A stretch of DNA of 63,976 bases, the filler included, from Conidiobolus incongruus B7586 (taxonomy: Eukaryota), in NCBI GenBank assembly GCA_000697335.1. It is 9 parts of 9 records of this genome, joined end to end, with 100 filler letters (N's around TTAATTAATTAA, not from the genome) between each part and the next. Parts side by side here need not be neighbours in the genome. Positions count along the whole stretch, not along the records: positions 61,143 to 62,758 come from JNEM01007130.1; positions 62,859 to 63,976 come from JNEM01007150.1; 7 more parts are not named here. One strand, 5' to 3'. This document shows, one piece after another, positions 61,143-63,976 of this stretch (its first letter is position 1; each line of letters starts with the position of its first letter). The position numbers and the translations under genes were made by a program. The notes beneath the pieces were generated by a model. It was not told the origin of the DNA. It saw nothing but the letters and a program-made list of their open reading frames with translations, and searched no databases.

Positions 61143-62758
61143 TATAAAAGGTAAATTTAATCTTCAGAATTAAAGATAATTTTAAGATAATATTTTTAAA
61201 TTTAAATTAATAAATTGAATTTTATAGAGATTATAATATAATAATAAGTATTTTAGATTTAAATTAAACTTAAATAAGGTAAATTTAAAGGTAAATTAAT
61301 TTAAGTATAAAAATATACTAGTTTTATATTTAAGCGGATTTCTAAATAACTTTAAATTTTGTTATTTTGTAATTTTTTAATTTTCTTCTAAGTTAAATTT
61401 AGTAAAGGAGTTAATATACTTAATATTAGATTAAAATTCAATAATATTTAAAAATAAATTAACTTAAAATCTTAAAGCAATTATTAAATTAGGATGTTTA
61501 TCACAATTAATGAAATAAAAGTTAAAACCTGTTAATTTATTAATAAAGGTGTTGAATAAATATTAAAATTAATAGATATAAGTATCTTAATTTAATTAAT
61601 TAGTCTTAATATAACCTTTAATCATTTGATTTAAGGTTTTAATAGTTTTTTCAATAAATCTATTATTTTAATGATAATTAATAATAAATATAGTTAAACT
61701 AATCTTAAAGGAAAAAGATAATAACTTTTAAAATTAAGATTTGAATGATATATCTTTATTAAATATAATAATTTATAGAATTATATAATAGGTAGAAATA
61801 TTAAAAAATAATAGTTATATAATATCTTTAACTTTTAAAATCTTAAAATAAAGAATAAAATAAATATATTTATGGAATAAATTAATAATAACTAGTAAGT
61901 TACTATAATTATTTGTTTATTGAAAAAAATTTCTATAAAATTAAGTTAGATTTATTATTTAGTTTTATTAAAGATTTATAAAAGGATAAATTTATTATTG
62001 TAATTAAAAATTATATTTAATTCCTTAGCATATATTATAGATATTAGTATATTTCTAAATTAATTTAATTAAGAAAGGTTAATAATACTTTATTTTAATT
62101 CTTTTAATAATCTTCAATTAATTTTAATATTTTGAAATAATTAAGTCATAAAATTGATTAAATATTACTTATTAAATCTTAAGAATAATAAGAATATATA
62201 AGCAATTATTATAATATAGTAGGTAATTAAAAATTTTAAATCTTTATCATATTTTAGTTAGTTTTTTAATAGTTTAAAGAGTTTTTTTTTAATTAAAATA
62301 AATAGATTATTATTTAATAATATTTCTTAGAATAATTTGATAAATTTTTTATATCCTTTATTAATAATTATTAAATTATTATTTGCTGGGTTTTATAATT
62401 TAATAGAAAGATAAGTATATAAGATTTTTTAACTAAATATCTATAATATAACTTTATTAACTTAAGAGATATTAAATAGAAAAAAAGGTAATCTTAAATA
62501 ATTTTAATTTATTTAACTTATTTTCTTAATAAATACTTTTAAATATTTAAGTAAATAAGGGATTTATGCTTTATAAATATTAAGAAAAAATTATAAAATA
62601 AGAAATATAAATGATTTTTGACTATTTCTACTAAAGTAAAGAGTTTTTATTTATAAACTAAGTATTTTAATTTAGTTGGTTTTATTATTCTTAACTAAAA
62701 TATTATTAACTCTAAGATAATATCTATAAAGTTAAACTTAACTTATTCTCCTTTATTT
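61143..62758 (-). mobile_element. Ty3/Gypsy LTR retrotransposon pol relic (RNase H, then integrase)
   Basis: RNase H-like: KPTKLKYLVYK*KLFTLVE..FIKHKSLIYLNI*K.LLRK*VK*IKII*DY. Zn-finger: KYY*P..IC*. Integrase core: NLLVIINLF..IIFNKD.SF.S*F*..NRFIEKTIKTLNQMIKGY..N*D..FNT..TGF. RH-before-INT order is the Gypsy arrangement. Confidence 0.8.
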
Positions 62759-62994
62759 NNNNNNNNNNNNNNNNNNNNNNNNNNNNNNNNNNNNNNNNNN
62801 NNTTAATTAATTAANNNNNNNNNNNNNNNNNNNNNNNNNNNNNNNNNNNNNNNNNNNNGTAATTTTAAATATTATAATATATAAATTTATATATATATTA
62901 TTACTCTATATTTTTAATAGTGGGATTTTTTTATAATTAAGAATAAATAAATAATTTAATATATAATATATAAAAATAAATATATAATATAAAC

Positions 62995-63591
62995 TTAATA
63001 GTTTCTTTTATTATTAATAACTTTTTGCTATATTTTTAATAAAGATTTAATATCTAAAAAATAGATTTTTTTATTAAAGACTAAAATTTGATATTTTACA
63101 AACTAATTAAGTTTTCTTATAAAAATTTTCTTTTCTATAAATTAATTTTTTAATTACCTAAAGTAATTATAGTTATATAGGTTATAATCTAAAGAGTATA
63201 TTAAATATTGTAGTTTTTTTTAGTTATTTATAATTAGAAAATTTTTTATAACTTTAGATTTATATATTTTATAATTATTATACAAAATAATTAATTTTCT
63301 TAAATTATATTAAGAATACTAATTAAAAATACTTTTATTTAAAAAAGTAATAAAAAATTTATTATTAACTCATTTTCTTTCAAGAACTAAATAAAAATAG
63401 CATATACTATTATAATATATTATAATAATTAATATTCACTTATTAACAAAATATTTATTTAAATAATTTATAAAAAAGGTTAATTTAACTTAATTTAGCA
63501 TTATAATTAGTGTTTTAATAAAGGATTATATATAAAGGTTTAAGATTAATCAATTATAATTATTTGATATTAAAATTAAGCTTTTAGTAAT
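62995..63591 (-). mobile_element. mariner transposase relic, C-terminal half, interrupted by an LTR at 63592
   Basis: Translates IILYNNYKIYKSKVIKNFLIINN*KKLQYLIYSLDYNLYNY...YFLDIKSLLKI*QKVINNKRNY*, with 34-residue D2-D3 spacing and no indel. Confidence 0.8.
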
Positions 63592-63976
63592 TGTTAAGAG
63601 ACTAGTTCTTTAAATTCTTATATACACTTTCATATAATCCAATTAACTATAAATTATATGATTAATTTATACTTATATAGTTAAATTAATTGTATAAATA
63701 GTATTAAATTATCTAATAAACTAGGTTCCTCTTTTTCCTCTCAATTCTTACTATTTTTACTTTTACACTATTTCTAAGATTGAGACTATATTCTATCAAT
63801 ATTGTAGGATATTGGCACTACCTAATATAAATCTTAATATATCAGTGACTCATCCTAGTTCAAAGCTTAATTAAACTTTGTTTACACTTGCACACTACAG
63901 CCACATTATATTACCATGTTCTGTGCCACACTACTTTTATATTAAGTCTTCCTCTGTACTATATTAGTTTAACTAC
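63592..63976 (+). mobile_element. LTR-like element starting TGTTAAGAG; runs off the window
   Basis: Inverted homolog of 23570-23947. It begins abruptly inside the mariner relic. Confidence 0.7.

Noticed and set aside
1..63976. CRISPR array or rRNA genes
   Set aside because: No regularly spaced repeat-spacer structure or rRNA-like sequence was seen.

Overview
This is a very AT-rich, intron-containing eukaryotic scaffold. Short ~45-60 nt GT-AG introns, a Zn2Cys6 factor, Sec66 and Erf2 point to a fungus, most plausibly an early-diverging zygomycete-grade lineage such as Conidiobolus/Entomophthorales; that taxon call is inference only. Eight 100-nt assembly gaps carry an artificial TTAATTAATTAA linker. 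Genes: RPL19, an LRR protein with an LRRC58-like C-terminus, a small NATD1/YjdJ-type acetyltransferase ending in SKL (absent from the ORF track), an ankyrin protein, dUTPase plus a tandem pseudogene, three GH5 EGCrP-like glycosidases, a Zn2Cys6 TF, an FUSC/ArAE-like membrane protein with a frameshift, an Erf2-like DHHC palmitoyltransferase, a PXA-C2-RGS-PX-PXC sorting nexin, SEC66, tRNA-Gly(GCC) and tRNA-Phe(GAA). Hand translation shows that much of the apparently featureless AT-rich DNA is transposon relics with intact frames saturated by C->T/G->A changes. These include a full-length Tc1 (DD34E) transposase with IR/DR ends, about eight mariner (DD34D) copies or fragments, a Ty3/Gypsy RNaseH-integrase, LTRs and a decayed TnpB/Fanzor RNA-guided nuclease. 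The main signals are the RIP-like hypermutation pattern, the Fanzor relic and the mariner family. All translations and counts were done by hand; no database searches were run.
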